The translations under genes were made by a program, and so were the position numbers. From Gammaproteobacteria bacterium (GTDB lineage: Bacteria > Pseudomonadota > Gammaproteobacteria > UBA4575), in contig CBDEUS010000001.1 in assembly GCA_965243395.1 (NCBI GenBank), positions 544,001 to 608,000 on the forward strand: 64,000 bases of DNA, written 5' to 3'. Shown piece by piece: positions 19,135-29,599 of this stretch. Under the pieces are notes generated by a model. That model was not told where the DNA came from. It did not search any database and was given only the letters and a program-made list of their open reading frames with translations. How positions within the stretch are numbered: the stretch's first letter is position 1; every line of letters begins with the position of its first letter.

Positions 19135-20050
19135 ATTCGATAGTCTTACTTGAATAAGGGATTTTTTTAGTTTTTGGGATTTTTTCGACATCCCAATTTT
19201 CAATTGCCCAGCTCCACACTTGTGATAGAGATTCTTTAGCTAGGTTTTTGGGTGTCTCCTGGCCCAAGTCTTGTAAAGCCTGAAGCAGAATATTTACACA
19301 GTTATGTTTAGTAATTGCGCTTGCTTTCGTCTGTTTGCTTAATTTCTGCCCATGTTCATTCACTATGACGGGAACATGTAAAAAATCTGGAATAGGAAGT
19401 TGTAATAGTTTACATATATAAATTTGAATTGGTGCAAATGGCATTAAATCTATACCTCTAACAATCTCCGTAATTCCCTGCATTGCATCGTCTATAACTA
19501 CCGCTAAAGAATAACTCGGTAAATTAAATTTACGGTAAATTACTATGTCACCAATTTCATTCTGTAAATTGTGAATTTGTAAGCCATAGTGTAAATCTTG
19601 ATAAGACACGTCTTTTTTATCAACACGCAAGCGTAAGTTAAAATTTGTGTCAGTCAACGGTAGTTGTTTATTAGCGCAAATACCGGGGTAATGTTTACCT
19701 AAATCAGTTTTTTGTGGGTTATGTTCTAATTCTTTACGTGTGCACGAGCATGCATATATGTGCTGCTGTTGAATAAGTGTATCTAACGAAGAATGATAAT
19801 TTTCAAAACGAGTAGATTGATAAAGTGGTTCTTGGTCCCATTTAAATTGATAGATTTCAAGTGTGGATATAATATCTTCTGCCGCACCATGCACTTCTCT
19901 TGGTGGGTCGATGTCCTCAATGCGAATAAGCCACTCGCCATTATTATGTTTAGCTTGTAAATAACTTGCAGTTGCTGCAACAAGTGAGCCGTAATGCAAT
20001 GGCCCAGTAGGTGAAGGTGCGAATCTTCCTACATATCGAGGTTTTTTCAC
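19133..20050 (-). CDS. gluQ: glutamyl-Q tRNA(Asp) synthetase
   Basis: GRFAPSPTGPLHYGSL, KLSKQ; about 300 aa with no anticodon domain; follows dksA. Confidence 0.93.
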   Translation of the reverse strand: MKKPRYVGRFAPSPTGPLHYGSLVAATASYLQAKHNNGEWLIRIEDIDPPREVHGAAEDIISTLEIYQFKWDQEPLYQSTRFENYHSSLDTLIQQQHIYACSCTRKELEHNPQKTDLGKHYPGICANKQLPLTDTNFNLRLRVDKKDVSYQDLHYGLQIHNLQNEIGDIVIYRKFNLPSYSLAVVIDDAMQGITEIVRGIDLMPFAPIQIYICKLLQLPIPDFLHVPVIVNEHGQKLSKQTKASAITKHNCVNILLQALQDLGQETPKNLAKESLSQVWSWAIENWDVEKIPKTKKIPYSSKTIE

Positions 20051-20096
20051 ACTGTATCTACAAACATTTTAAGTTTGAAAACATAGTTAAAATAAA

Positions 20097-20948
20097 CTAT
20101 GTAAATATTTGTTTTTCCTTAATTTCTTGAAGAGTTTTGCAGTCGATGCATAAAGTAGCAGTGGGTCTCGCTTCAAGGCGTTTGATGCCAATTTCTATTC
20201 CACACGATTCACAATACCCGTAGTCTTCGGCATCAATTGAGGCAAGTGTTTTATTAATTTTTCTTATTAGTTTGCTTTCACGGTCGCGTGTACGAAGCTC
20301 CAAGCTAAATTCTTCTTCCTGAGTAGCGCGATCAGCTGGGTCGGCAAATTGACTTGCATCGTTCTTCATTTGATCAACCGTGCGATTCACCTCATCTAAC
20401 AATTCTTGTTTCCACGTAAGAAGAATATTTCTGAAATGTTCTAACTGTTTATCGCTCATATAGCTTTCACCGCGATGCATGGTGTAGGGAGTAATACCTT
20501 CAACAGGTAGTTCTACAGGCGAGCGTTTATTAAGTAGTTCGATACGCTTCTTCTTTTTTTCTTCCCTTTTTGCCTGTAATTTTTGTTCTTGCAGTTCGGC
20601 TTTTGTGGGTTTTTTTTCTGCGGCTTTTTTTGCACTTACCTTCTTTGTGGCAGCCTTCTTTTTGGGTGCAGCCTTTTTCTTTACCGCAGCCTTCTTTTTG
20701 GGTGCAGCCTTTTTCTTTACCGCAGCCTTCTTTTTGGGTGCAGCCTTTTTCTTTACCGCAGCCTTTTTCTTGGGTGCAGCCTTTTTCTTTACCGCAGCCT
20801 TCTTTTTGGGTGCAGCTTTTTTCTTTACCGCAGCCTTCTTTTTGGGTGCAGCTTTTTTCTTTACCGCAGCCTTCTTCTTGGGTGCAGCCTTTTTCTTCGC
20901 TGCGGCCTTCTTCTTAGGTGTGGTTTTTTTCTTTGTCTTGGCTGGCAT
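20097..20948 (-). CDS. dksA: RNA polymerase-binding factor DksA with a long Lys/Ala/Pro-rich N-terminal extension
   Basis: DPADRA coiled-coil tip, CESC/CIDC zinc finger, RLEARPTA; start at ATG 20948 (MPAKTKKK) preferred. Confidence 0.95.
   Translation of the reverse strand: MPAKTKKKTTPKKKAAAKKKAAPKKKAAVKKKAAPKKKAAVKKKAAPKKKAAVKKKAAPKKKAAVKKKAAPKKKAAVKKKAAPKKKAAVKKKAAPKKKAATKKVSAKKAAEKKPTKAELQEQKLQAKREEKKKKRIELLNKRSPVELPVEGITPYTMHRGESYMSDKQLEHFRNILLTWKQELLDEVNRTVDQMKNDASQFADPADRATQEEEFSLELRTRDRESKLIRKINKTLASIDAEDYGYCESCGIEIGIKRLEARPTATLCIDCKTLQEIKEKQIFT
20650..20918 (-). repeat. 36-bp coding tandem repeat (AAVKKKAAPKKK)n within dksA
   Basis: TTACCGCAGCC recurs at 20681, 20717, 20753, 20789, 20825 and 20861 (period 36, sub-period 18). 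Confidence 0.95.
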
Positions 20949-21054
20949 GAATGACCCTCTTAAAATGAAGCCCGCTTTTATGCCAGATCTATCGCTCGGT
21001 GGCAAGCTACGATTTTAGGTAAGTCAGAAGTGATGTTGAAAATTGGCTTATTTA

Positions 21055-22434
21055 CTAAGATTTAGACTTTTCAGTAGATTTTTTTTCTACTCTGGCCGTA
21101 AGCTGCCCTTTTGCAAGCTGAACCGAAATTTCATCATTTATCGCTATTTGGCGGCTATCGCGTAAAATTTGGCCAGTATTTTCATTACTGGCAATGGCAT
21201 AGCCACGGCTTAGAGTGCCAAGGGGGCTGAATGCATCTAGTGTTCGTGTCAGGCCTTGCAGGGCCTGTTGCTTTTGTTGAAGCTTGGTTTTTACAAGCGA
21301 ATAAATTTCTTTTTGGAGCTGTATTAACTTCATATTAGCTTCTCGAATCCGCACTTTAGGAGATTGATTTTCTAATTTGAGTGTCAATTCATTTAATAAA
21401 TTAGAAAGTTCAGAGGTATTGAGCCTGACAGCACTATATACACGTCTTTGCAGTTCATTAAGGTGCTCTTGTTTACGCAGAATTGTTTGTTTTGGGTGCA
21501 ACCGCTCCAAACGTTGATACAACCAATCAATAGTTTGATGTTTCACACTTATTGAATCATTTATAAGGTACGTTAATGTGCTTTCAAATTGTTGAAACGA
21601 TTCACTAAGTTCGTCTTGATGAGGAGTAATTAATTCAGCAGCTGCGGAAGGAGTAGGTGCGCGAAGATCAGCAACAAAGTCCGCAATTGTGAAATCTACT
21701 TCATGCCCGATACCTGTAACAATAGGAATTTGTGAATGGAAAATTGCACGAGCAACGGTTTCTTCATTAAAAGACCAAAGATCTTCAATTGAACCTCCAC
21801 CACGTGCTAAAAGAACGATGTCACTTGCTCTTGATTTATTAATTGCATGTATTGCATCTACAATTGCCTCAGCAGAATTCTCTCCCTGTACAGGTACAGC
21901 GTAAATACGTATGCTCAATAGTGGATAGCGGCGTTTTAATACACTGATAATGTCACGAATAGCAGCACCCGATGCAGAAGTTACGATACTGATAACATTT
22001 GGAAACTCTGGAAGTTTTTGTTTATTTTCACTGTCAAATAAGCCTTCAAGTTTAAGTTTATGTTTTAATTCTTCATATTTTCTTTGCAGGATTCCTACAC
22101 CTGCTTCTTCCATGTGTTCAATTGTGAGTTGGTATTCTCCCCTGGGTTCATATACACCTACACGCGCACGTACTAAAACATGCATGCCATCCTCGGGCTG
22201 AAAGGGCAATAAACGATTAGCACTACGAAACATGGCGCAACGTACTTGAGCCTGTGCATCTTTCAATGAAAAATAAATGTGCCCTGAAGCTGGAAAAGCA
22301 ACGTTAGAAAGTTCACCTTCCACCCAAAGTAGAGGAAAGTTTTGCTGTAGAAGTTGCTTAACCTCACGATTGAGTTGCTGAACGGAGTATATTTCTCGTT
22401 CTTCAAAATCCATGCTTACTTGCTCGATATCCAT
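21055..22434 (-). CDS. xseA: exodeoxyribonuclease VII large subunit
   Basis: WVEGELSN..SGHIYFSLKD, RGGGSIEDLWSFN, GHEVD, APTPSAAAE. Confidence 0.97.
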   Translation of the reverse strand: MDIEQVSMDFEEREIYSVQQLNREVKQLLQQNFPLLWVEGELSNVAFPASGHIYFSLKDAQAQVRCAMFRSANRLLPFQPEDGMHVLVRARVGVYEPRGEYQLTIEHMEEAGVGILQRKYEELKHKLKLEGLFDSENKQKLPEFPNVISIVTSASGAAIRDIISVLKRRYPLLSIRIYAVPVQGENSAEAIVDAIHAINKSRASDIVLLARGGGSIEDLWSFNEETVARAIFHSQIPIVTGIGHEVDFTIADFVADLRAPTPSAAAELITPHQDELSESFQQFESTLTYLINDSISVKHQTIDWLYQRLERLHPKQTILRKQEHLNELQRRVYSAVRLNTSELSNLLNELTLKLENQSPKVRIREANMKLIQLQKEIYSLVKTKLQQKQQALQGLTRTLDAFSPLGTLSRGYAIASNENTGQILRDSRQIAINDEISVQLAKGQLTARVEKKSTEKSKS

Positions 22435-22492
22435 AGTGGCTATAGTACGCGATCTTTATAGGAGTAGTGGCAGAAATAATCGCTAATTAACA

Positions 22493-22521
22493 TTTACCAC
22501 TCCTAGCTCAGTCACTATAAT
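22493..22521 (+). promoter_or_regulatory. sigma70 promoter of guaBA
   Basis: TTTACC-17 nt-TATAAT; it overlaps the track start at 22520, which supports a true start at 22550. Confidence 0.6.
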
Positions 22522-22549
22522 GAGCCGCCACTTTGGCACAGGATGGCTT

Positions 22550-24007
22550 ATGCGAATTCGACAAGACGCGCTTACTTTTGACGATGTTTCACTCGTCCCT
22601 GCCCACTCAAGCGTCTTGCCGCTCGATGTAAATCTAAAAACCCAACTGACGAGGGAAATTTCATTAAATATGCCTTTGGTATCTGCTGCGATGGATACTG
22701 TGACGGAAGCGCGCCTTGCAATTTCGATGGCTCAAGAGGGTGGTTTTGGTGTTATTCATAAAAACTTAACTGTCGACCAACAAGCCAATGAAGTTAGCCT
22801 GGTGAAAAAGTTCGAAAGTGGTGTGATTAAAGAACCGATTTGTGTTGAACCCGGCACTAGTATTGGGGAAGTTTTAGAACTTACGAGAGAGAAAAATATA
22901 TCGGGTGTACCCGTTGTCTCGGGTGAATCACTTGTTGGTATTGTTACTAGTAGAGACCTACGTTTTGAAAAACGTAGAGACGAGCCTGTTTCAAAAATTA
23001 TGACTCCGCAAGAACGTTTAGTTACGGTCAAAGAGGGTGCAGACAAAGATGAAATTAAAAAACTTTTACACGAACACCGTATAGAAAAAGTTTTAGTTGT
23101 TAATAATGATTTTGAGCTACGTGGCTTAATTACCGTAAAAGATATTCAAAAATCAAAGGATTTTCCACTGGCATGTAAAGATCATGAAGGAAGATTGATC
23201 GTTGGGGCAGCAGTTGGTGTAGGAACTAATACGGATGAGCGTGTGAACGCCTTAGTACAGGCTGGAGTTGATGTTATTGTCGTTGATACCGCACACGGAC
23301 ATTCACAGGCGGTGCTAGACCGAGTCACTTGGGTAAAAAATAACTTTCCGGAAGTTCAGGTTATTGGCGGGAATATAGCTACAGGAGAAGCTGCAAAAGA
23401 TTTGATCAAAGCAGGTGCTGATGCTGTTAAAGTTGGAATTGGTCCTGGATCTATTTGTACGACTAGAATTGTTGCAGGTGTAGGGGTGCCACAAATCAGT
23501 GCTGTTGATCATGTTTGTGAAGCGGTTAAAGGTGAAGTACCTGTGGTAGCTGATGGCGGTATACGTTATTCGGGTGATATTGCTAAAGCCATAGCCGCTG
23601 GTGCAAATACTGTAATGATTGGAGGATTGTTCGCGGGAACAAAAGAAGCACCTGGAGAAGTGGAACTTTACCAAGGGCGTTCATATAAAAGTTATCGTGG
23701 TATGGGTTCACTTGCAGCAATGCAACAAGGATCAAGTGATCGTTATTTCCAGGATGATGAGGCTGGTGTAGATAAATTTGTGCCTGAGGGTATTGAGGGG
23801 CGTGTGCCTTATAAAGGTACGGTGGTTAATATATTGCAACAACTGCTAGGTGGATTACGCTCAAGCATGGGATATGTAGGATGTGGAAATATTGAAGACA
23901 TGCGTACTAAGCCTGAGTTTGTGAAAATTTCGGCTGCAGGTAATCGAGAAAGCCATGTACATGATGTAACGATTACGAAAGAAGCACCGAATTATCACGT
24001 CGAATAA
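22550..24007 (+). CDS. guaB: IMP dehydrogenase
   Basis: ALTFDDV, CBS pair, [17 protein letters not shown]. Confidence 0.98.
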   Translation: MRIRQDALTFDDVSLVPAHSSVLPLDVNLKTQLTREISLNMPLVSAAMDTVTEARLAISMAQEGGFGVIHKNLTVDQQANEVSLVKKFESGVIKEPICVEPGTSIGEVLELTREKNISGVPVVSGESLVGIVTSRDLRFEKRRDEPVSKIMTPQERLVTVKEGADKDEIKKLLHEHRIEKVLVVNNDFELRGLITVKDIQKSKDFPLACKDHEGRLIVGAAVGVGTNTDERVNALVQAGVDVIVVDTAHGHSQAVLDRVTWVKNNFPEVQVIGGNIATGEAAKDLIKAGADAVKVGIGPGSICTTRIVAGVGVPQISAVDHVCEAVKGEVPVVADGGIRYSGDIAKAIAAGANTVMIGGLFAGTKEAPGEVELYQGRSYKSYRGMGSLAAMQQGSSDRYFQDDEAGVDKFVPEGIEGRVPYKGTVVNILQQLLGGLRSSMGYVGCGNIEDMRTKPEFVKISAAGNRESHVHDVTITKEAPNYHVE

Positions 24008-24039
24008 CTACACTTTTCCATTTATATTTTTGACGTTAC

Positions 24040-25605
24040 ATGAAAAATATTCATGCTGATAAAGTATTAATTCTAGATTTTGGGTCTCAATATACTCAAC
24101 TCATTGCAAGGCGTGTTCGTGAACTTGGAACCTATAGTGAAATATATCCGTGGGATATCTCTCTAGATAAAATTACTGCGTTCAATGCCAAAGGCATTAT
24201 CCTCTCGGGTGGGCCAGAGTCTGTCACACTACAAGATACGCCAGAAATTTCTAATGAAGTTTTAAATTTAGGTATTCCAATTCTTGGAGTCTGCTATGGC
24301 ATGCAAACACTTGTCAAAAGAATGGGAGGTGAAGTTGAAGTATCCAATCATCGTGAATTTGGCTATGCACATGTGAATGTTGAAAGTGGTAGTGAGTTAT
24401 TAACGGGGCTAACAGATGATGCATCAAAAAATGTATTAGATGTTTGGATGTCACATGGAGACCGGGTAGCGCAATTGCCTGAAGACTTTAAGGTGATTGC
24501 CAGAACTGAAAATGCTCCCATTGCCGCTATCGAGAATCATCAAAAGAAAATATATGGATTGCAGTTTCATCCAGAAGTTACGCACACCAAACAGGGAAAG
24601 CAGATACTACAGCGCTTTGTTCACGAAATATGTGGTTGCGGCTCTGACTGGACCGCAGCAAATATTGTTCAAGAATCCATTGAAAATATAAAGAACCAGA
24701 TTGGAGATGAGCAAGTTGTTTTAGGACTATCTGGAGGAGTGGATTCATCTGTCGTAGCAGCGTTGTTGCATAGGGCGATAGGTGATCAGTTGACGTGTAT
24801 TTTTGTTGATACTGGTTTATTGCGTTTAAATGAAGGCGATCAGGTTATGGAAACATTTACGCAGCACATGGGTGTAAATGTCATACGTGTTGATGCCGAA
24901 GAGAGATATTTAGAAGAGTTGAAAGGAGTGATTGACCCAGAAGAAAAACGAAAAATAATTGGCAATTTATTCATTAAAATCTTTGAAGAAGAGTCTGCTA
25001 AATTAAGCAATGCAAAATGGTTAGCGCAAGGAACAATATATCCAGATGTAATTGAGTCTGCGGGGGCCTCTACTGGTAAGGCACACTTGATTAAGTCACA
25101 CCATAATGTGGGAGGATTACCCAAAGAAATGAAATTAAAACTTGTTGAACCCTTGCGTGAACTTTTTAAAGATGAAGTACGTAAGATTGGTGATGAGTTA
25201 GGCCTCCCTCATGAAATAATATTCCGGCATCCATTTCCTGGCCCAGGACTAGGTGTCCGCATTTTAGGTGAAGTTAAAAAACAATATGCAGATTTACTAC
25301 GATTAGCAGATGACATTTTTATTTCTGAACTTCGAAAACAGAAATTATATGACGAAGTTTCACAAGCTTTTGCTGTATTTTTGCCAGTAAAATCTGTCGG
25401 CGTGATGGGCGACGGTAGAAAATACGATTATGTTATTGCTTTGCGTGCTGTAGAAACGATTGACTTCATGACTGCACGTTGGGCGCATTTACCTTATGAA
25501 TTCCTGGATCATGTGTCGCGTAGAATCATTAATGAAATAAGTGGTATCTCACGTGTTACCTATGATATTTCAGGAAAACCACCTGCTACGATCGAGTGGG
25601 AATAA
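24040..25605 (+). CDS. guaA: GMP synthase (glutamine-hydrolysing)
   Basis: [37 protein letters not shown]. Confidence 0.99.
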   Translation: MKNIHADKVLILDFGSQYTQLIARRVRELGTYSEIYPWDISLDKITAFNAKGIILSGGPESVTLQDTPEISNEVLNLGIPILGVCYGMQTLVKRMGGEVEVSNHREFGYAHVNVESGSELLTGLTDDASKNVLDVWMSHGDRVAQLPEDFKVIARTENAPIAAIENHQKKIYGLQFHPEVTHTKQGKQILQRFVHEICGCGSDWTAANIVQESIENIKNQIGDEQVVLGLSGGVDSSVVAALLHRAIGDQLTCIFVDTGLLRLNEGDQVMETFTQHMGVNVIRVDAEERYLEELKGVIDPEEKRKIIGNLFIKIFEEESAKLSNAKWLAQGTIYPDVIESAGASTGKAHLIKSHHNVGGLPKEMKLKLVEPLRELFKDEVRKIGDELGLPHEIIFRHPFPGPGLGVRILGEVKKQYADLLRLADDIFISELRKQKLYDEVSQAFAVFLPVKSVGVMGDGRKYDYVIALRAVETIDFMTARWAHLPYEFLDHVSRRIINEISGISRVTYDISGKPPATIEWE

Positions 25606-25618
25606 TTTTTTCTAAATT

Positions 25619-26083
25619 TTGATTGACGATAAACAATGGATGCATGAAGCACTTGCTTTGGCTGAGCATGCGCAAGATCAAAACGAAGTTCCAGTGGGAG
25701 CAGTGATTGTTCTCAATAATAAAGTTATTGGCAAAGGATGGAACCAACCTATTTCAAAGAATGACCCAAGCGCACATGCAGAGATCATCGCAATTCGTGA
25801 TGCAGCTAAAGAAATTAAAAATTATCGATTGTTAGACGCTACACTTTATGTAACGTTGGAGCCATGTTTGATGTGTGTAGGCGCAATTTTGCATGCACGA
25901 ATTAAAAAGCTGGTGTTCGGAGCATTTGATCCAAAAACTGGTGCAGTAAGCTCGGTATTTAATGTGCTCACAGATTCAAGACATAACCATAATGTAGAAG
26001 TCCAGGGCGGTATTCTAGAAACGCAATGCGCGGAATTGCTGCAAACATTTTTTAAACAACGGAGATTAAGGAGAAGTAAGTAA
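25619..26083 (+). CDS. tadA: tRNA adenosine(34) deaminase
   Basis: EVPVGA, AHAE, TLEPCLMC, DPKTGA. Confidence 0.95.
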   Translation: MIDDKQWMHEALALAEHAQDQNEVPVGAVIVLNNKVIGKGWNQPISKNDPSAHAEIIAIRDAAKEIKNYRLLDATLYVTLEPCLMCVGAILHARIKKLVFGAFDPKTGAVSSVFNVLTDSRHNHNVEVQGGILETQCAELLQTFFKQRRLRRSK

Positions 26084-26109
26084 AAACAATCGTTAAATTT
26101 GTCTTACTT

Positions 26110-27405
26110 TTAGACCGCTAGCGGTATAAAGAAAATTCCTTTGCATTCCGGCTCCAATGAGTAATCAAGTAATTCAAACTTAGTGTTGCTGAGTAATGTA
26201 GCTAAAACTACTTTTATTTGTAACATTGCAAATGCTTTTCCAACACATAAACGCATTCCTCCCCCGAACGGGGTCCATTCGTATATTGAAGGTTTAAAGT
26301 TTCTAAATCTTTCGGGGTCAAATTCACTTGGCTTTTCATATATAGAGTTATTACGGTGCAGCAAATAAGGACAATTTGCTAAAATAGTGCCTGGTTCCAA
26401 TTGATAGGGGCCTAATTGATAATTAGATTTTACTAGACGCAGACCTGCGCTCCAAAGTAGTGGAGAAATACGCAGGCTCTCCATAATCACCATATCAAGA
26501 TATGGAAGCTTGGAAACATTTTTGTGGGTAACAAAACCATCGCTCAAAACGCTATCAAGCTCAGTTTTAATTTTTTTTAAAATTGTTTCATTGGAAAGAA
26601 TCCAGGATAAACTCCAAGTTAGCATTGAAGAAGTAGTAGCAACACCACCGATCATTAGCATGATTATCTCTTCGGTCATATCGTTGATGGGTAATTTTTC
26701 ATCATCTTCTTGAAAAGAGCGAATTAAAGATGAAAAAAGACTTGCTTTAGCATTGATATTCAGATGTTTTTTTTCATTTATTTTATTAATTTCAGCTTCA
26801 ATCTTTGTATCGATTTTATTTTTTAAATCAAACATTATTTGTGCACGTTCTTCATCAGATGTTTCACGCATCTCTATTTTCATAACGTTTTTGCATACTG
26901 ATTGAAGTTGACTTGAATCATCAATGCCAAATGCTTCGCTAATAATTGTTTTGTAAACCATATCACGCAAGAACTGATACAGTTCAAATGAACGATCTTT
27001 AGGAAATTCTTTTATTGTATCCAAAGTATTGTCGCGCATGAGTTCCGTGTGGAATTCTATATTTGTAAAAGGTTTGCCAACAATTTTTCTTCTATGGGTA
27101 TACTCATCTTCATCAAGTGCAAGAATGGATCTTGGTAATATACCGTATGCAAACTGTATTAAATTCGCTTCACCTGCATGCAGATCAGTTCCGTCAGAAG
27201 TAAATAACTTTTGCAAGAGTTTAGGGTCTCCAATCAATATCCATTTTCCATTAGCAGGCGTATTTGGTAATCCAAATGTTCCGATTTCTAAATTAAGCGT
27301 ATTGCCAAATTCTTCATGCCATTTGTCTAAATATGGGAAAGGGTTAGTGAGGAAAATATCAGCTAACTGTTTCTCGTCAAGATTTGGTCCGGCTGGGATA
27401 TTCAT
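26110..27405 (-). CDS. cytochrome P450 (possible 1-nt frameshift in the last codons)
   Basis: ESLR (ExxR), FDPERF, PFGGGMRLCVG heme-Cys motif. Confidence 0.92.
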   Translation of the reverse strand: MNIPAGPNLDEKQLADIFLTNPFPYLDKWHEEFGNTLNLEIGTFGLPNTPANGKWILIGDPKLLQKLFTSDGTDLHAGEANLIQFAYGILPRSILALDEDEYTHRRKIVGKPFTNIEFHTELMRDNTLDTIKEFPKDRSFELYQFLRDMVYKTIISEAFGIDDSSQLQSVCKNVMKIEMRETSDEERAQIMFDLKNKIDTKIEAEINKINEKKHLNINAKASLFSSLIRSFQEDDEKLPINDMTEEIIMLMIGGVATTSSMLTWSLSWILSNETILKKIKTELDSVLSDGFVTHKNVSKLPYLDMVIMESLRISPLLWSAGLRLVKSNYQLGPYQLEPGTILANCPYLLHRNNSIYEKPSEFDPERFRNFKPSIYEWTPFGGGMRLCVGKAFAMLQIKVVLATLLSNTKFELLDYSLEPECKGIFFIPLAV

Positions 27406-27471
27406 TCTTTAGCACTTGGTTAAAATAATATTTTTACAACTGTATTAAGCAATGTTTTAGAGTACATTTAT

Positions 27472-28887
27472 TTAATTTTGAGCGACTATGTTGTAGAGCT
27501 CACCTTTGCTTTCGAGCCAAACCAATAGATCAAAATAGTTTCGTATGTTTTGAACATAGATCACGGGTTCATGTCCACGAGCATAACCAAAGCGTGTTTT
27601 TTCATACCACTTTTTGTTACTTAATAGTGGTAGATACTTTCTTACATCCAACCATAGATCAGGATTGTCTCCAGCTGATTGAGTAAGAATCCTTGCATCT
27701 TCAAGATGGCCAAAGCCAACATTATAGGCCGCCAGAGCCATCCAGGTGCGATCAGGCTCCGTAATGCGTGCGGGTATTTTCTCTCGCATAGATAAAAAAT
27801 ATTCTGTCCCGCCAATTACACTATTTTGTGGATCTACACGATTTTCAATTTTAAGTTGTTTTGCAGTATCGCGTGTCAGCATCATTAAACCTTTTACACC
27901 AGTAGGTGAAACTGCTTTCGAATTCCACAATGATTCTTGATAACTCACCGCTGCAAGAAAACGCCAATCTTGATCATACTCAACTGCCGCTTCTTTAAAG
28001 AGTCTTTCATACTTTGGGAGTCGTTCCCGAACATGCTTAAGGAAGGTGTGACTATCTATAGGTGTAATGTCGTTTACATGGCCAAAATATTTATCTCTTA
28101 AGTGATTAAGAGTTCCATCGCCTTCTATTTGGTTGAAAAACTTATTTATAGCTTTTTGTAATGATGTGTCATCAGATTTCTTGAATGCCCATGCTAATGA
28201 CTGTTCTGGCCCAAAATTGAAACCAATTCTTAAATTTGGAAAGTATCTTCGAGTGACTGCAAACTCAGTTGAGTCTGTGATCGTGTAATCAATTAAGTTA
28301 TCCGCAGTAAGTAACATTAACTCTTCGGTTGATAGGTCTGGGTATTCTTTCCAATCTAACCTTGGGAAAAACTCTTTGTGGTCAAGTAGCATTTGGGCGT
28401 GGGTGCTACCTTCGACTACTGCTATTGATTTATCCTGTAAATCATTAATTGACTTGGGTTTTTTCTTATCTACTCTGTAGGCTATTTGAGATACTACTTT
28501 AATGTATTCAGGACCAAAATCTACATAAGCCTCACGTTGTTTAGTATGAGTAATCCCAGCGGCACCAATGTGGGCTTCTCCATCCACAATGCTCGGTAAA
28601 ATCTGATGGAATTCATTTTGAATCACAATTTCCAGCTCAACCCCAAGATAATCAGCAAACTGTTTTGCTAGCTCATACTCAATTCCAGTAGGGCCATTGG
28701 GTCCTATGAAATAAGTAGTAGGGCCATTGCGTGTAACTACAATTAATTTATTGGCGCGTTTTATTTCATGAAGGATAGACGTGGTATATTGTTTATTAAC
28801 AACAACAAGCGCACCTAATATAAATACAGCAAAAATAAAAACACTAATTTTTTGCAATCTAGATTTCATTATTAAATTCAATGACAT
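27472..28887 (-). CDS. mltF: membrane-bound lytic murein transglycosylase F
   Basis: N-terminal SBP_bac_3 domain (G.EYELA..FA) plus SLT domain YQES.W..A.SPTGV.GLMMLT, AAYNVG.GH. Confidence 0.93.
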   Translation of the reverse strand: MSLNLIMKSRLQKISVFIFAVFILGALVVVNKQYTTSILHEIKRANKLIVVTRNGPTTYFIGPNGPTGIEYELAKQFADYLGVELEIVIQNEFHQILPSIVDGEAHIGAAGITHTKQREAYVDFGPEYIKVVSQIAYRVDKKKPKSINDLQDKSIAVVEGSTHAQMLLDHKEFFPRLDWKEYPDLSTEELMLLTADNLIDYTITDSTEFAVTRRYFPNLRIGFNFGPEQSLAWAFKKSDDTSLQKAINKFFNQIEGDGTLNHLRDKYFGHVNDITPIDSHTFLKHVRERLPKYERLFKEAAVEYDQDWRFLAAVSYQESLWNSKAVSPTGVKGLMMLTRDTAKQLKIENRVDPQNSVIGGTEYFLSMREKIPARITEPDRTWMALAAYNVGFGHLEDARILTQSAGDNPDLWLDVRKYLPLLSNKKWYEKTRFGYARGHEPVIYVQNIRNYFDLLVWLESKGELYNIVAQN

Positions 28888-29290
28888 TCTTAATTATTAT
28901 ATTAGATGATTAATTCCAACTTGAGTTCGGTAGATCATGTGTGAATACAGAGAGCGCTGTAACATGCTTTACAAGTGTGCATCAATTTGCAGGAAAACTG
29001 TAATGAAATTTTCTATTTCTAAATAAAAAATTTATACAAACTAGTACAAGTGGCTGCAGTGTATTTAGAGTAATTAGTTAAGCAGTAACGCTAAATAACT
29101 ATTCTTTAGTGATTAAATGTAGGAATTGTTCAGAAAATTAAAGTTTTTCACTTAATTTTTGTTTTCGGCGGTTTGTAATTTTAATTAAAACCTTAGTCTG
29201 TATACCGTAGTCTTTAAAAAAGGCAGCACGGAGATTTTAGCGATTGATAACTAACTAGTAGTGAAAGAGTTTATAGATCATTACAAGCCA

Positions 29291-29315
29291 AAATATTTGA
29301 TAATTTCAAATATTT
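29291..29315. promoter_or_regulatory. perfect 10-bp inverted repeat, candidate operator in the mltF/ThDP-gene divergent region
   Basis: AAATATTTGA-TAATT-TCAAATATTT. Confidence 0.35.
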
Positions 29316-29599
29316 ATCTTGAGTATTACTTTAAAGTCCATCTCGCTAACTAAGTGACTATGCATGCTATAAAAATTTACTAAATATCATTAAGTTACGA
29401 AATAACTTGAGAAATTGTAAATAAACCTATGTTAAATACATGTAAATTGTTGTAATTTCTTATATAACAATGAGAAATAAATGTGTATTTTTTTTGAATA
29501 GTTGTCTATCGAGACAATCTCAAGAACCTACCAACTACAAACTCAAGTAGTCTAATAAAAATAATAATCACAAAGCCTGCTTAGCATTAGAAGAGAGAG

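Noticed and set aside
20570-21018. Repetitive plus-strand ORFs, and the 36-bp repeat as a possible CRISPR array
   Set aside because: The units are contiguous with no unique spacers and no cas genes; the plus-strand ORFs are antisense shadows of the dksA Lys/Ala repeat.
29410-29437. dif-like site (CTATGTTAAAT resembles the XerD arm)
   Set aside because: The XerC arm matches poorly and the context is very AT-rich, so it is probably chance.
29440-29599. TPP riboswitch ahead of the ThDP-dependent enzyme
   Set aside because: No CTGAGA or other TPP aptamer core is visible.
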